24,000 bases of DNA from Teichococcus wenyumeiae (GCF_003696345.1 NZ_RFLX01000005.1:88777-112776); one strand, 5' to 3'. Numbered from the stretch's first letter, positions 7,895-18,160 are shown. Notes: generated by a model from the letters alone, not told the origin. Numbers and translations: made by a program.

Positions 7895-9828
7895 ACCATA
7901 TCGCCACCCCCGACCTGGACAGCCTGGAGCACGACCTGCGCCGCGCCACCGCGGCCCTGCTGCGCCAGCAGCGCCCGGATGGCCACTGGGTCTTCGAGCT
8001 GGAGGCGGATGCCACCATCCCCGCCGAATACATCCTGCTGCGCCAGCACCTGGCCGAGCCGGATGCGCCGGAGCTGGAGGCGAAGCTCGGCCGCTACCTG
8101 CGCCGCATCCAGGGCGAGCATGGCGGCTGGCCGCTGTTCCATGGCGGCAGCTTCGATATCAGCGCCTCGGTCAAAGCCTATTTCGCGCTGAAGATGATCG
8201 GCGACGACCCGGACGCGCCGCATATGGCCCGCGCCCGCGCCGCCATCCTGGCCGCCGGCGGCGCCGCGCGCGCCAATGTCTTCACCCGCATCCTGCTGGC
8301 GCAATACGGCCAGTTGCCCTGGACGGCGGTGCCCACCACCCCGGTGGAGCTGATCCTGCTGCCGCGCTGGTTCCCGGTGCATCTCTCCCGCATGTCCTAT
8401 TGGGCGCGCACCGTGATCGTGCCGCTGCTGGTGCTGCAGGCCATGCAGGTGCGGGCGCGCAACCCGCGCGGCATCGGCGTACCGGAGCTTTTCACCGACG
8501 CCCGCCTGCCCCGGAAGAAGGTGAAGACGCACCACCACCCCGGCTGGGCCGCCTTCTTCAACGGCGTCGACCGCGTGCTGAAGGTGGCCGAGCCGATCTG
8601 GCCGCGCGGCAGCCGCCAGCGCGCCATCCAGCGCTGCGTGGACTTCGTGACGGAGCGCCTGAACGGCGAGGACGGCCTCGGCGCCATCTACCCCGCCATG
8701 GCGAACAGCGTGATGATGTACGACGCGCTGGGCTACCCGCCGGAACATCCGCACCGCGCCATCGCCCGCCGCTCGGTCGAGAAGCTGCTGGTGGTGGGTG
8801 AGGAGGAAGCCTATTGCCAGCCCTGCGTTTCCCCGGTCTGGGACACCGCGCTGGCCGCCCATGCCCTAATGGAAGCCGGCGAAGCGGAAGCCGCCCTGCG
8901 TGGCCTGGAATGGCTGAAGCCCTTGCAGGAACTGGAGGTCAAAGGCGACTGGGCCGATCAGCGCCCTGATATCCGCCCCGGCGGCTGGGCCTTCCAGTAC
9001 CGCAACGCGCATTACCCGGACCTGGACGACACCGCCGTGGTGGTCATGGCCATGGACCGCGCCCGCCGGCAGTTCGGCACCGGCACCGGCTATGACGAGG
9101 CCATCGACCGTGGCGCCGAATGGACCGTGGGGCTGCAAAGCCGCAACGGCGGCTGGGGCGCCTTCGACGCCGACAACGTCCACCACTACCTGAACAACAT
9201 CCCCTTCGCGGACCACGGCGCGCTGCTGGACCCGCCCACCGCCGATGTTTCCGCCCGCTGCGTCTCCATGCTGGCGCAGCTCGGCGAGCCGCGCGGCAGC
9301 CTGCGCATGCTGAACGCCATCGACTACCTGGAGCGGGAACAGGAGGCCGACGGAAGCTGGTTCGGCCGCTGGGGCGTGAACTACATCTACGGCACCTGGT
9401 CCGCCCTCTGCGCCCTGAACGCCGCCGGTTTCGATGCCAGCCGCCCCAGCCTGCGGCGCGGCGCCGACTGGCTGCTCCGCATCCAGAACGCCGATGGCGG
9501 CTGGGGCGAGGACTGCGACAGCTACAAGCTGGACTACAAGGGCTATGAGCCCGCCGCCTCCACCGCCTCCCAGACCGCCTGGGCGCTGCTGGGCCTGATG
9601 GCGGCGGGCGAGGTGGACCATCCGGCCGTGGCGCGCGGTATCGCCTGGCTGCGGGAACACCAGGAAGAAGACGGGCTCTGGGGCCAGGAAGCCTATACCG
9701 GCGGCGGCTTCCCGCGCGTCTTCTATCTGCGCTACCACGGCTACCCGAAGTTCTTCCCGCTCTGGGCCATGGCGCGCTACCGCAACCTGCGGCAGGGCAA
9801 CAGCCGGCAGGTGGTGCATGGGATGTAA
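7891..9828 (+). CDS. shc: Squalene-hopene cyclase
   Basis: This is the internal ATG of track ORF 7627..9828, in an ATGA overlap with the hpnE stop; the product is 645 aa. The catalytic DxDDTA motif reads DLDDTA, encoded at 9019-9036. There are multiple QW repeats: RPDGHWVFE, EHGGWPLF, SRNGGWGAFD, EADGSWFGRWG, NADGGWGE and EEDGLWGQE. Confidence 0.95.
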   Translation: MNHIATPDLDSLEHDLRRATAALLRQQRPDGHWVFELEADATIPAEYILLRQHLAEPDAPELEAKLGRYLRRIQGEHGGWPLFHGGSFDISASVKAYFALKMIGDDPDAPHMARARAAILAAGGAARANVFTRILLAQYGQLPWTAVPTTPVELILLPRWFPVHLSRMSYWARTVIVPLLVLQAMQVRARNPRGIGVPELFTDARLPRKKVKTHHHPGWAAFFNGVDRVLKVAEPIWPRGSRQRAIQRCVDFVTERLNGEDGLGAIYPAMANSVMMYDALGYPPEHPHRAIARRSVEKLLVVGEEEAYCQPCVSPVWDTALAAHALMEAGEAEAALRGLEWLKPLQELEVKGDWADQRPDIRPGGWAFQYRNAHYPDLDDTAVVVMAMDRARRQFGTGTGYDEAIDRGAEWTVGLQSRNGGWGAFDADNVHHYLNNIPFADHGALLDPPTADVSARCVSMLAQLGEPRGSLRMLNAIDYLEREQEADGSWFGRWGVNYIYGTWSALCALNAAGFDASRPSLRRGADWLLRIQNADGGWGEDCDSYKLDYKGYEPAASTASQTAWALLGLMAAGEVDHPAVARGIAWLREHQEEDGLWGQEAYTGGGFPRVFYLRYHGYPKFFPLWAMARYRNLRQGNSRQVVHGM

Positions 9829-10052
9829 GGCTGGGGGAATGAATTCCCCCAGGCCCCCTTCTTCTCTTTTCGAGTTCACGGGTGCGCCTGCGGCGGCACC
9901 CTCCCACTCCGGTTCGCGCCGGAGGTCATGGACCTCCGGCGACTGCCGCCGTCATGCGCGCGGCCTTTGTGTCAGAAGCCGCGCGACACTCCACGCCAGT
10001 GTCAAACTCGAAGAAAAAAGAAGGGGTTCCAGGGGAATTCATTCCCCTGGCC
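9829..10052. repeat. Nested-palindrome intergenic repeat element, copy A (MITE/REP-like, no ORF)
   Basis: The left arm (9829-9876) and right arm (10004-10052) are inverted copies, matching at 39/48 positions by hand alignment. Each arm contains its own GAATTC-centred hairpin (9831-9852 and 10029-10050). The core carries a perfect 9-bp hairpin, CCGGAGGTC-atg-GACCTCCGG, at 9919-9939. The element is related to the one at 19826-19972. Confidence 0.75.
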
Positions 10053-10668
10053 TTTTCCGCCCATGACCATCCTCGCCGCCACTGGCCTGCATCGCGAGGC
10101 CCGCATCCTCGCCGCCACTGGCGTCCAGCCCATTCCTGGGGGCGGCGACGCCGCACGGCTGGAAGCCGAGTTGAACCGGCTGGCGCCAAGCGCGCGAGGC
10201 ATCATCAGCATCGGCATTGCGGGCGCGCTGGCGCCGGGGCTCCGCCCCGGAGACTGGGTGGTGGCGGAGATGGTGCTGGGGGATGAAGCCGCCGCCACCG
10301 ATGCGGCCTGGGCGGCAAGGCTGGCCGCTGCCCTGCCCGGCGCGCGGATTGGCACCATGCTGGGGCAGGATGCCATGGCGGCGGAGGCGGCGGCAAAAGC
10401 CGCGCTGCACCGGGCCACGGGCGCGCTGACGGTGGATATGGAATCGCATGTGGCGGCGCGGGTGGCGCGGCGGCATGGGCTGCCGCTGGCCGTGGCGCGG
10501 GTGGTGTCGGATGCGGCGCGGCGCACCCTGCCGCAGGCCGCATGCGTCGGCATGCGGCCGGATGGTGGGGTGGACCTGCCGGCGGTGCTGCGGGCGCTGG
10601 CCAGGGCGCCCTGGCAGCTTCCCGCCCTGGTACGGACGGGGTGGGAAGCGGAGTTGGCCTTCCGGGCC

Positions 10669-11865
<1,197 letters not shown>

Positions 11866-11879
11866 GGCTGCGCTCCTCT

Positions 11880-12848
11880 CTACTGCACGGGTTTAACGAC
11901 CGGCAGAACAGCCGTCGTGGTCTCGATGGTTCTGAGCTCGGGTGGCAGACGGAATTCCACATCCTCGCGGATTCCGTTCATCTGGCTCACCTCGGCAGCG
12001 CCATACCTGCGCAGCGCCCCGATCACGTCAAGAACCAAATGCTCGGGCGCCGAGGCGCCGGCGGTCAATCCCACCGTGCGCACGCCTTGCAGCCAGCCAG
12101 GGTCAAGCTCGCTGGAATCGGCGATCAGGTGGCTCGGCAGGCCCAGTTCCGTGCCGATTTCCCGTAAGCGATTGGAATTGGAGCTGTTGCGGCTGCCCAC
12201 CACCAGCAGCAGGTCCACCTCGGCGCAGAGGTCCCGCACCGCCGCCTGCCGGTGCTGCGTCGCATAGCAGATATCCGAAACCTCGGGGCCTTGCAGGTCG
12301 CTGAACCGCGCCTCCAGCGCCGCGATGACGCCGCGCGTGTCGTCCACGCTCAAGGTGGTCTGGGTGATATAGGCCAGCGGCGCATCGGCCGGCAGCGCCA
12401 GCCGCGCCACGTCCTCGGCCGAGGCTACCAGATGCACCGGCGCCCCCACCTGCCCCAGCGTGCCCTCCACCTCCGGGTGCCCGGCATGGCCGATCAGCAC
12501 CAGGGTGCGGCCCCGCGCCACGTATTGCCGCCCCTGCGCATGCACCTTGGAAACCAGCGGGCAGGTGGCATCCAGTACCGGCAGGCCGCGCCGCCCCGCC
12601 TCATCCACCACCGACTGCGGCACGCCATGGGCGCTGAAGACCGTGACGGCGCCATCCGGCACCTCTGCCAGGTCCTCGACAAAGATGGCGCCCTTGCGCT
12701 GCAGCTCCTCCACCACATGGCGGTTGTGCACGATCTCATGGCGGACATAGACGGGCGCGCCGAACTTCTGCAGGGACCTTTCGACGATCTCGATGGCCCG
12801 CACCACCCCGGCACAGAAGCCGCGCGGCTGCGCCAGTAGTATCCGCAT
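11880..12848 (-). CDS. ispH: 4-hydroxy-3-methylbut-2-enyl diphosphate reductase (IspH/LytB)
   Basis: Track ORF, 322 aa. It reads [23 protein letters not shown]..., then [22 protein letters not shown] and SSNSNRL. Its stop lies 14 nt upstream of the hpnH start, which suggests an ispH-hpnH operon. Confidence 0.9.
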   Translation of the reverse strand: MRILLAQPRGFCAGVVRAIEIVERSLQKFGAPVYVRHEIVHNRHVVEELQRKGAIFVEDLAEVPDGAVTVFSAHGVPQSVVDEAGRRGLPVLDATCPLVSKVHAQGRQYVARGRTLVLIGHAGHPEVEGTLGQVGAPVHLVASAEDVARLALPADAPLAYITQTTLSVDDTRGVIAALEARFSDLQGPEVSDICYATQHRQAAVRDLCAEVDLLLVVGSRNSSNSNRLREIGTELGLPSHLIADSSELDPGWLQGVRTVGLTAGASAPEHLVLDVIGALRRYGAAEVSQMNGIREDVEFRLPPELRTIETTTAVLPVVKPVQ

Positions 12849-13047
12849 ACAGGTCCCCCCATCGCCCGGCGCCGGCCATGCCGCCGCGTCAGACCCCGGC
12901 TGAACCTATGCCGCCCCAGCCCCGGCGCGATAGCCGCTTTCCGCCGCCCGGCGGGAACACTGCGGTGAGGAGGCACCCCCGCTTCGTCAGCGGCTTTTGA
13001 TCCAGGCCGCCTCGGAGCCGGGCCGCGCGGCATGCTATGGGCCGCAC

Positions 13048-13668
13048 ATGAGCATCCCACGCCGTTCCTTCCTGTTCATGGGCCTGTCCCTGGCCCTCGT
13101 CCTCGGGCCGCTGGCGCCGCTCGCCGCCCAGCCGGCCGCCGACCCGGCCGCGCAGCCGGTCGAGCAGCTGCACGCGGCGCTGCTGCAGGCCATGCAGCAG
13201 GCGCAGTCCCTGGGCGTGGAAGGCCGCGCCAAGCTGCTGACCGCGCCCGTGGAGCAGGCTTTCGACCTGCCCGGCATGGCCCGCACCGCCGTGGGCGCCC
13301 GCTGGTCCGGCTTCACGCCGGAGGAGCAGAAGGCGGTGGCGGAAGCCTTCCGGCGCTACACGATCGCCAGCTATGCCCGCAACTTCAGCGGCTTCAGCGG
13401 CCAGAGCTTCACCACCAACCGGGTGGAGCCGCAGGGCGAGGACAAGGTGGTGATCACCACCCTGAACAACCCCGGCGGCGCCCCGGTGAACCTGACCTAC
13501 CGCCTGCGCCAGACCGGCGGCGCCTGGAAGATCATCGACGTGCTGCACGATTCCATCAGCGAACTGGCCATCCGCCGCTCGGAATTCTCCGGCGCCGTGC
13601 GCCAGGGCGGGGCTGGGCTGCTGGTGCAGCGGCTGAACGAACAATCCGACCGGCTGATGCGGCCCTGA
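13048..13668 (+). CDS. hpnM: HpnM-like periplasmic lipid-binding protein (Ttg2D/MlaC family) with a signal peptide
   Basis: The track ORF 12997..13668 begins at a TTG. I prefer the ATG at 13048, giving MSIPRRSFLFMGLSLALVLGPLAPLAAQ. This is a twin-arginine-like RRxFL signal with an AxA-type cleavage region. The rest reads FDLPGMARTAVGARWSGFTPEEQKAVAEAFRRYTIASYARNF... and WKIIDV, typical of toluene-tolerance Ttg2D/MlaC proteins. The start codon is uncertain. Confidence 0.7.
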   Translation: MSIPRRSFLFMGLSLALVLGPLAPLAAQPAADPAAQPVEQLHAALLQAMQQAQSLGVEGRAKLLTAPVEQAFDLPGMARTAVGARWSGFTPEEQKAVAEAFRRYTIASYARNFSGFSGQSFTTNRVEPQGEDKVVITTLNNPGGAPVNLTYRLRQTGGAWKIIDVLHDSISELAIRRSEFSGAVRQGGAGLLVQRLNEQSDRLMRP

Positions 13669-13678
13669 GAAGGAGGGA

Positions 13679-13722
13679 CGGGGGAGTGGAACCCCCTCCC
13701 CCCATCTCTTCCAGGTTTTGGT
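13679..13722. repeat. Degenerate solo arm of the same repeat family (copy C)
   Basis: The sequence cGGGGGAGTGGAACCCCCtccccccatctcttccaggttttgg resembles the left arm of copies A and B (GGGGGAAGGAATTCCCCCagacccccatcttctctttgcgg). It starts 11 nt after the hpnM-like stop. No convincing right arm is present. Confidence 0.4.
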
Positions 13723-13780
13723 TCGCGACCTGGGCGGCAACCCAGCCAAGGATGACCGGGCGGGCCGGTACGCCCCACTG

Positions 13781-13802
13781 GAAAGCCGGATGCCGGCTTC
13801 CC
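13781..13802. terminator. Stem-loop between convergent hpnM-like and map genes (possible bidirectional terminator)
   Basis: AAGCCGG-atg-CCGGCTT forms a 7-bp perfect stem at 13783-13799, in the 168-bp gap between two converging genes. There is only a weak U-run on either strand. Confidence 0.3.
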
Positions 13803-13836
13803 CGCCGATGAACCGCCGCTGGGCGGCGGCCGCCCC

Positions 13837-14643
13837 CTAAGCGCCCGCGAAGGGAGGTTTGCTGAAGCCCGCCGGGGACAGGGTGAAGATCTCGCAGCCG
13901 CTCTCGGTCACGCCGATGCTGTGCTCGAACTGTGCGGAAAGGCTGCGGTCACGGGTCACGGCCGTCCAGCCGTCGCTGAGCACCTTCACATCCGCCCGGC
14001 CGGCATTGACCATGGGCTCCACCGTCAGAAACATGCCGGGGCGGAGCACCACGCCCTTGCCCTTCTGGCCATGGTTCAGGACATCTGGCGCGTCATGGTA
14101 GGCACGGCCGAGGCCGTGGCCACAGAAGTCCCGCACCACGCTGAACCGCGCCGCCTCGACATGGCCCTGCATGGCGTGGCCGATATCGCCGAGCGTCGCG
14201 CCGGGGCGCACCGCGGCGATGCCCCGCATCATCGCCTCATAGGCGACCTCGATCAGCCGGGCCGCCCGGGTGCTGATCCTGCCGACCGTGTACATGCGGC
14301 TGCTGTCCCCATGCCACCCGTCGAGGATAACGGCGAGGTCGATGTTGAGGATGTCCCCCTCCATCAGCGCGCGGCTGCCGGGGATGCCGTGGCAAACGAC
14401 ATGGTTCAGGGAGATGCAGGTCGCATGGGAATAGCCGCGGTAGCCGAGCGAGGCCGGCACGGCGCCATGATCGAGAATGAACGCGTGGCACAGCCGGTCC
14501 AGCCCGGCCGTGGACATGCCCTCATGGACATGCGCGGTCACCATGTCGAGGGTCGCCGCCGCAAGCTTCCCCGCCGCGCGCATGCCGGCGAAATCCTCGG
14601 GCGTGTGGAGCCTGATGCGCCGGTCGTCGACGATGTTGTTCAT
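13837..14643 (-). CDS. map: Type I methionine aminopeptidase
   Basis: The track ORF is 13837..14745. The internal ATG at 14643 gives MNNIVDDRRIRLHTPEDFAGMRAAGKLAAATLDMV. This aligns with the E. coli Map N-terminus as I remember it (ISIKTPEDIEKMRVAGRLAAEVLEMI). Further matches are VCHGIP, DILNIDLAVILDGWHGDSS, FCGHGLG, FLTVEPM and SAQFEHS. Confidence 0.9.
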   Translation of the reverse strand: MNNIVDDRRIRLHTPEDFAGMRAAGKLAAATLDMVTAHVHEGMSTAGLDRLCHAFILDHGAVPASLGYRGYSHATCISLNHVVCHGIPGSRALMEGDILNIDLAVILDGWHGDSSRMYTVGRISTRAARLIEVAYEAMMRGIAAVRPGATLGDIGHAMQGHVEAARFSVVRDFCGHGLGRAYHDAPDVLNHGQKGKGVVLRPGMFLTVEPMVNAGRADVKVLSDGWTAVTRDRSLSAQFEHSIGVTESGCEIFTLSPAGFSKPPFAGA

Positions 14644-14686
14644 GCTGACTGGTTCATGACGGCCTGAGGCGTATCGGGGAAAAGGC

Positions 14687-15307
14687 TCAAGCCGCCTGCG
14701 TGCTTCCGGCGCGCTGGCCTGCACTGGCGAGCGGCACCCCCGCATGCAGTTCCGCGATCATCTGCCCGGCGAAGGCCGGTATGGAACTGTCTGTCAGAAG
14801 ATACGGCCGGAGGATGGCGATGGGCGCGTCAAAGATCAGGAACTTGGCGCGCGCGAGGTCTTCCTCCCGGATGGCGCCGCTGCCGACGGCCTGGGCGATG
14901 CAGGCGCGGAATGCCGCGTCCATCTCCTCCTCCAGCCGCTCCATCTCCTGCCGCAGCGGCTCCGGAGGGGGTGTATCCTCAAACAGGGAAACGGGCTCGT
15001 GCAGCAGCAGGAAGCGGGCCCGCTGGCGGTCCTCGCCTGACCAGGGCAGCAGCGCCAGGGCGGCCTCGCGCGGCCGCCCGGCCCGCAGCAACGGCGCCAG
15101 CAGCCTGGTCAGGGAGCCGTAGCTGTCGTTCCAGGCCGCGGCGAGGATGGCGGAGCGGGATGCGAAGCGATGATAGATCGAGCCAGTCGGGGCACCGACC
15201 CGGCGGGCGATGGCCTGCAGGGTTGCGGCGCCCGGCCCTCCCTCGGCCACAAGGGCGATGGCGGCGTCGATGAAGTGCTCTGCCGAGAAGCGCGCGGTTC
15301 TGACCAT
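14687..15307 (-). CDS. TetR/AcrR-family transcriptional regulator
   Basis: Track ORF, 206 aa. The N-terminal HTH reads FIDAAIALVAEGGPGAATLQAIARRVGAPTGSIYHRFASRSAIL. The C-terminal part is a helical, ligand-domain-like region. Confidence 0.85.
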   Translation of the reverse strand: MVRTARFSAEHFIDAAIALVAEGGPGAATLQAIARRVGAPTGSIYHRFASRSAILAAAWNDSYGSLTRLLAPLLRAGRPREAALALLPWSGEDRQRARFLLLHEPVSLFEDTPPPEPLRQEMERLEEEMDAAFRACIAQAVGSGAIREEDLARAKFLIFDAPIAILRPYLLTDSSIPAFAGQMIAELHAGVPLASAGQRAGSTQAA

Positions 15308-15313
15308 GCAAAT

Positions 15314-15337
15314 AGACTAATCATTCTAGAATGGTCT
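15314..15337. promoter_or_regulatory. AT-rich palindrome (candidate TetR operator overlapping a candidate -10) just upstream of tetR
   Basis: CATTCTAGAATG is a perfect 12-bp palindrome at 15322-15333, flanked by AGAC/GTCT. It lies in the only strongly AT-rich patch of this region, 15-26 nt upstream of the tetR ATG. On the - strand it contains TAGAAT, which resembles a -10 box. Confidence 0.4.
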
Positions 15338-15422
15338 GTCCATATGACGACATCCGCGCCGGCCATCCCTTATGCGAGGGCGCGGCCCGGCACGGGGCTC
15401 CGGCCGCAGGCCCATTCGCAAA

Positions 15423-15449
15423 CCCCAAAGAACCGAAGGCGGCTTGGGG
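15423..15449 (-). terminator. Candidate intrinsic terminator downstream of hpnN
   Basis: The stem-loop is CCCCAA..CCG-aagg-CGG.TTGGGG: 6 bp, then an internal loop, then 3 bp. It begins 20 nt after the hpnN stop (15469-15471). On the - strand RNA it is followed by UUUGCG. Confidence 0.4.
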
Positions 15450-15468
15450 GACATTCATCACCCAGCCC

Positions 15469-18057
15469 TTACCGCGCCGGCTTCGCCAGCAGCGCCGGTT
15501 GCAGCAGCAGCGTCGTCACCAGCACCCAGAAGAGCGAAAGCATCAGCAGCAGCCCCATGCTGGCCGTGCCGGGGTGGCTGGAGAGCCAGAGGTTGCCGAA
15601 GCCGGTGGCCGTGGTCAGGGCGCTGAACAGGATGGCGCGGGTCAGGCTGGAGGGCAGCAGGCGGCTCTCGCCCTTCCGCCAGGCCATGACGAAATAGATG
15701 TTGAAGGCCACGCCGATGCCGAACAGCAGCGGCAGGGCGATGATATTGGCGAAGTTCAGCGGCAGCCCCAGCACCACGCAGGAGGCCAGCGTCAGCAGGC
15801 CGCTGAGCAGCACCGGCAGCACCGTCAGCAGCACGTCCCGCAGCCGCCGCAGGATCACGGCCAGCAGCAGCGTGATGGCGATGCCGGACAGCAGCCCGGC
15901 CTGCTGGAAGGCGGTGACGATGGTGCCCGCGGCGCCCTGGATGGAAATGGGGGCCCCCACCGCATCCGGCGCCACCGCCTGCACGGCGGCGGAGAAGCGC
16001 TGCAGCACCGCGTTGTCGTTGGAATCCCCGCGCGGGAAGACCTGGATCAGCGGGCGGCCATCCCGCGCCACCCAGTCGGCCACCAGGTCGGGCGGCAGGG
16101 TCTCGGCGGTCACCGGGCCGGCATCCAGCATGGCGCGGATCTGGCCGAGCAGGGTGCGCAGCGGCGGGATCACCGCCTCGGCCAGGGCCACGCGGGTGGT
16201 GGCGGGGCCGGCGGCCAGGGCATCCAGCGCCGTGGCCAGCCGGCGCGCGGCGATGGCGGCGGGGGTCTGCTCCTGCTCGGCGGCGGCGCGGAGGGCGACG
16301 GCGGTGGCGATCATGGCGCGCACCACATCGGCATCCGTGGGGGCGGAGCGCACGCGTGGCGGATCCAGCGTCAGGGCCAGCAGGTCCGCCGCATCCGCGA
16401 TGGCGGCCAGCTTTTCCGGCTGCTGCTCCGGGATGAAGCTCTTGAGGGAGACGACCTGCGCCACTTCCGGCAGGGCGGCAAGGCGGGCGGACAGGGCATC
16501 GACCGCCTCCAGGGAGGGCGCCAGCACGCTGATGGTATTGGGCGTGCGGTCCGGGTCCCGCATCAGGTCCTCCAGCGTGGCGATGGATTCGGCCTTCTGG
16601 CTGCGCAGGTGGATGGGGTTGAAGTCGAAATGCAGGCGCGGCAGCACAGCCAGCGAGGCCAGGGCCGCCACCACGGCCAGCCCCATCACCAGCCGGTGGC
16701 GGCGGTGCAGCCAGCCTTCCAGCGGCGCCAGGGCGGGCCAGCCGACCTCCGCCTGCTTGCCGCGCGGGCGCAGCAGCACCACCAGCGCCGGCAGCAGCGT
16801 GATGGACAGCAGGAAAGCCACCACCATGCCCATGCCGGCGATGATGCCGAGTTCCGAGACGCCCAGGAAGCTGGTGGGCAGGAAGGCGAAGAAGCCCACC
16901 GCGGTGGCCAGCGCCGCCAGCGCCAGGGAGGCGCCGACGCCCCGCCCGGCCGCCGCCAGCGCGGCGCGGTCATCGGCCTGCCCCAGCCGCTCGGCCCGGA
17001 AGCGGACGCAGACCTGGATGCCGAAATCCACCCCCAGCCCCACGAAAAGCGGGATGAAGGCCACCGAGATCAGGTTGAAGCGCCCGGCCACCAGCAGCCC
17101 CAGCCCGGCGGTGATCACCAGTCCGATCAGCGTGGTCAACAGAATGGCGCCAACCAGCCGGGCGGAACGCACTGCCAGCCAGAGCATGACCACCAGCGCC
17201 AGCAGCATGGCGCCGCCCATCACCTCGCCGCCCTCGGCCAGGGTGCCGAATTCCTCGTCGGCCATGGGCACCGGGCCGGTCAGGCGCACCGTGACGCCAT
17301 GCGCCGGGTCCAGCCTCAGCTCCCGCGCCGCGGCGCGGATGGCATCGGTGGCGCGGGTGCCCGGCTGCAGGTTGGAATAGTCCAGCTCCGGCCGCATCAG
17401 GATGAAGCGGCGCAGCATGCGCGTGCCGGCCGGCTGGTCGGAGAAGAGGTTCTGCCAGGAAAAGAAGGTGGGCCGGCCCTCCACCACCCGGGTGAAGGTT
17501 TCCGCCAGCGCCGAGAGCGGACGGGCGATGTCGTCAAGCCGGGCCTGCCCCATCTCCACCCCGCGCAGCACGGTGTCCAGCGCGCCCATCACGCCGCGCA
17601 GGCTGGGATCGGCGGCCAGGGGGCCGAGGAAGGGCTGGGCCTCGATCAGCTTCTCCGTGGCCGCCTGCACTTCCTCCAGCGGCAGCAGCATCAGGCCGTG
17701 GTGGTCGAAGAAGGGGCCGCCATCGGGGCGGTGCACGTCGTGCAGCAGCTCCGGCATGGCCTTGAGCCGCTCGGTCAGGCGCGCGGCGCCGGATTCGGCC
17801 AGTTCCGGCGTGGCGCCATCCACCACCACCACGACGAGGTTGTGCAACTGGGGGAAATTGGCCTCGTAGGCCAGCTCGCCCTGCCGCCAGGGCAGGTCGG
17901 TGGCGATCAACTCCGCCGTATCGGCCGTCAGCGCGAAATGGCGGCTGCTGTAGAAGCCGGCGCCCAGCGCCAGCAGCAGCGCCAGCAGCAGCGTGAGCCA
18001 GGGCCACCGGGTGCCCGCCGCGACGATCCGGGCAGTCAGGGATGTCTGGGTGAACAC
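15469..18057 (-). CDS. hpnN: RND/MMPL-type hopanoid transporter HpnN
   Basis: Track ORF, 862 aa, with a GTG start (reverse complement of cac at 18055-18057). It has two blocks of multiple TM helices separated by large soluble loops. The N-terminus ARIVAAGTRWPWLTLLLALLLALGAGFYSSRHFALTADTAELIATDLPWRQ resembles HpnN as I recall it. The gene lies within a hopanoid locus. Confidence 0.85.
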   Translation of the reverse strand: MFTQTSLTARIVAAGTRWPWLTLLLALLLALGAGFYSSRHFALTADTAELIATDLPWRQGELAYEANFPQLHNLVVVVVDGATPELAESGAARLTERLKAMPELLHDVHRPDGGPFFDHHGLMLLPLEEVQAATEKLIEAQPFLGPLAADPSLRGVMGALDTVLRGVEMGQARLDDIARPLSALAETFTRVVEGRPTFFSWQNLFSDQPAGTRMLRRFILMRPELDYSNLQPGTRATDAIRAAARELRLDPAHGVTVRLTGPVPMADEEFGTLAEGGEVMGGAMLLALVVMLWLAVRSARLVGAILLTTLIGLVITAGLGLLVAGRFNLISVAFIPLFVGLGVDFGIQVCVRFRAERLGQADDRAALAAAGRGVGASLALAALATAVGFFAFLPTSFLGVSELGIIAGMGMVVAFLLSITLLPALVVLLRPRGKQAEVGWPALAPLEGWLHRRHRLVMGLAVVAALASLAVLPRLHFDFNPIHLRSQKAESIATLEDLMRDPDRTPNTISVLAPSLEAVDALSARLAALPEVAQVVSLKSFIPEQQPEKLAAIADAADLLALTLDPPRVRSAPTDADVVRAMIATAVALRAAAEQEQTPAAIAARRLATALDALAAGPATTRVALAEAVIPPLRTLLGQIRAMLDAGPVTAETLPPDLVADWVARDGRPLIQVFPRGDSNDNAVLQRFSAAVQAVAPDAVGAPISIQGAAGTIVTAFQQAGLLSGIAITLLLAVILRRLRDVLLTVLPVLLSGLLTLASCVVLGLPLNFANIIALPLLFGIGVAFNIYFVMAWRKGESRLLPSSLTRAILFSALTTATGFGNLWLSSHPGTASMGLLLMLSLFWVLVTTLLLQPALLAKPAR

Positions 18058-18160
18058 ATCGGCACCTTGCGCTGGAAGGATGGCGCCGGCCCCCTTTGGG
18101 CGGCGGCATGTTGTCTTCAGCGGTCGCGGGCCGGGCGGTCAAGGCCCCGCCGGTGGCCTG

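Noticed and set aside
9818-10286. Short ORFs spanning the repeat elements: 9818..10066 (+), 9882..10286 (+), 9926..10189 (-), 19716..19934 (-) and 19749..20201 (+).
   Set aside because: They run through palindromic repeat DNA, and the same element reads open on both strands. They have no SD and no family resemblance. The repeat structure explains the sequence better than coding does.
14643-14745. An upstream ATG at 14745 that would extend map by 34 codons and overlap the tetR 3' end.
   Set aside because: The extension (MRGCRSPVQASAPEARRRLEPFPRYASGRHEPVS) is Arg/Pro-rich and has no counterpart in Map proteins. The ATG at 14643 gives the canonical N-terminus.
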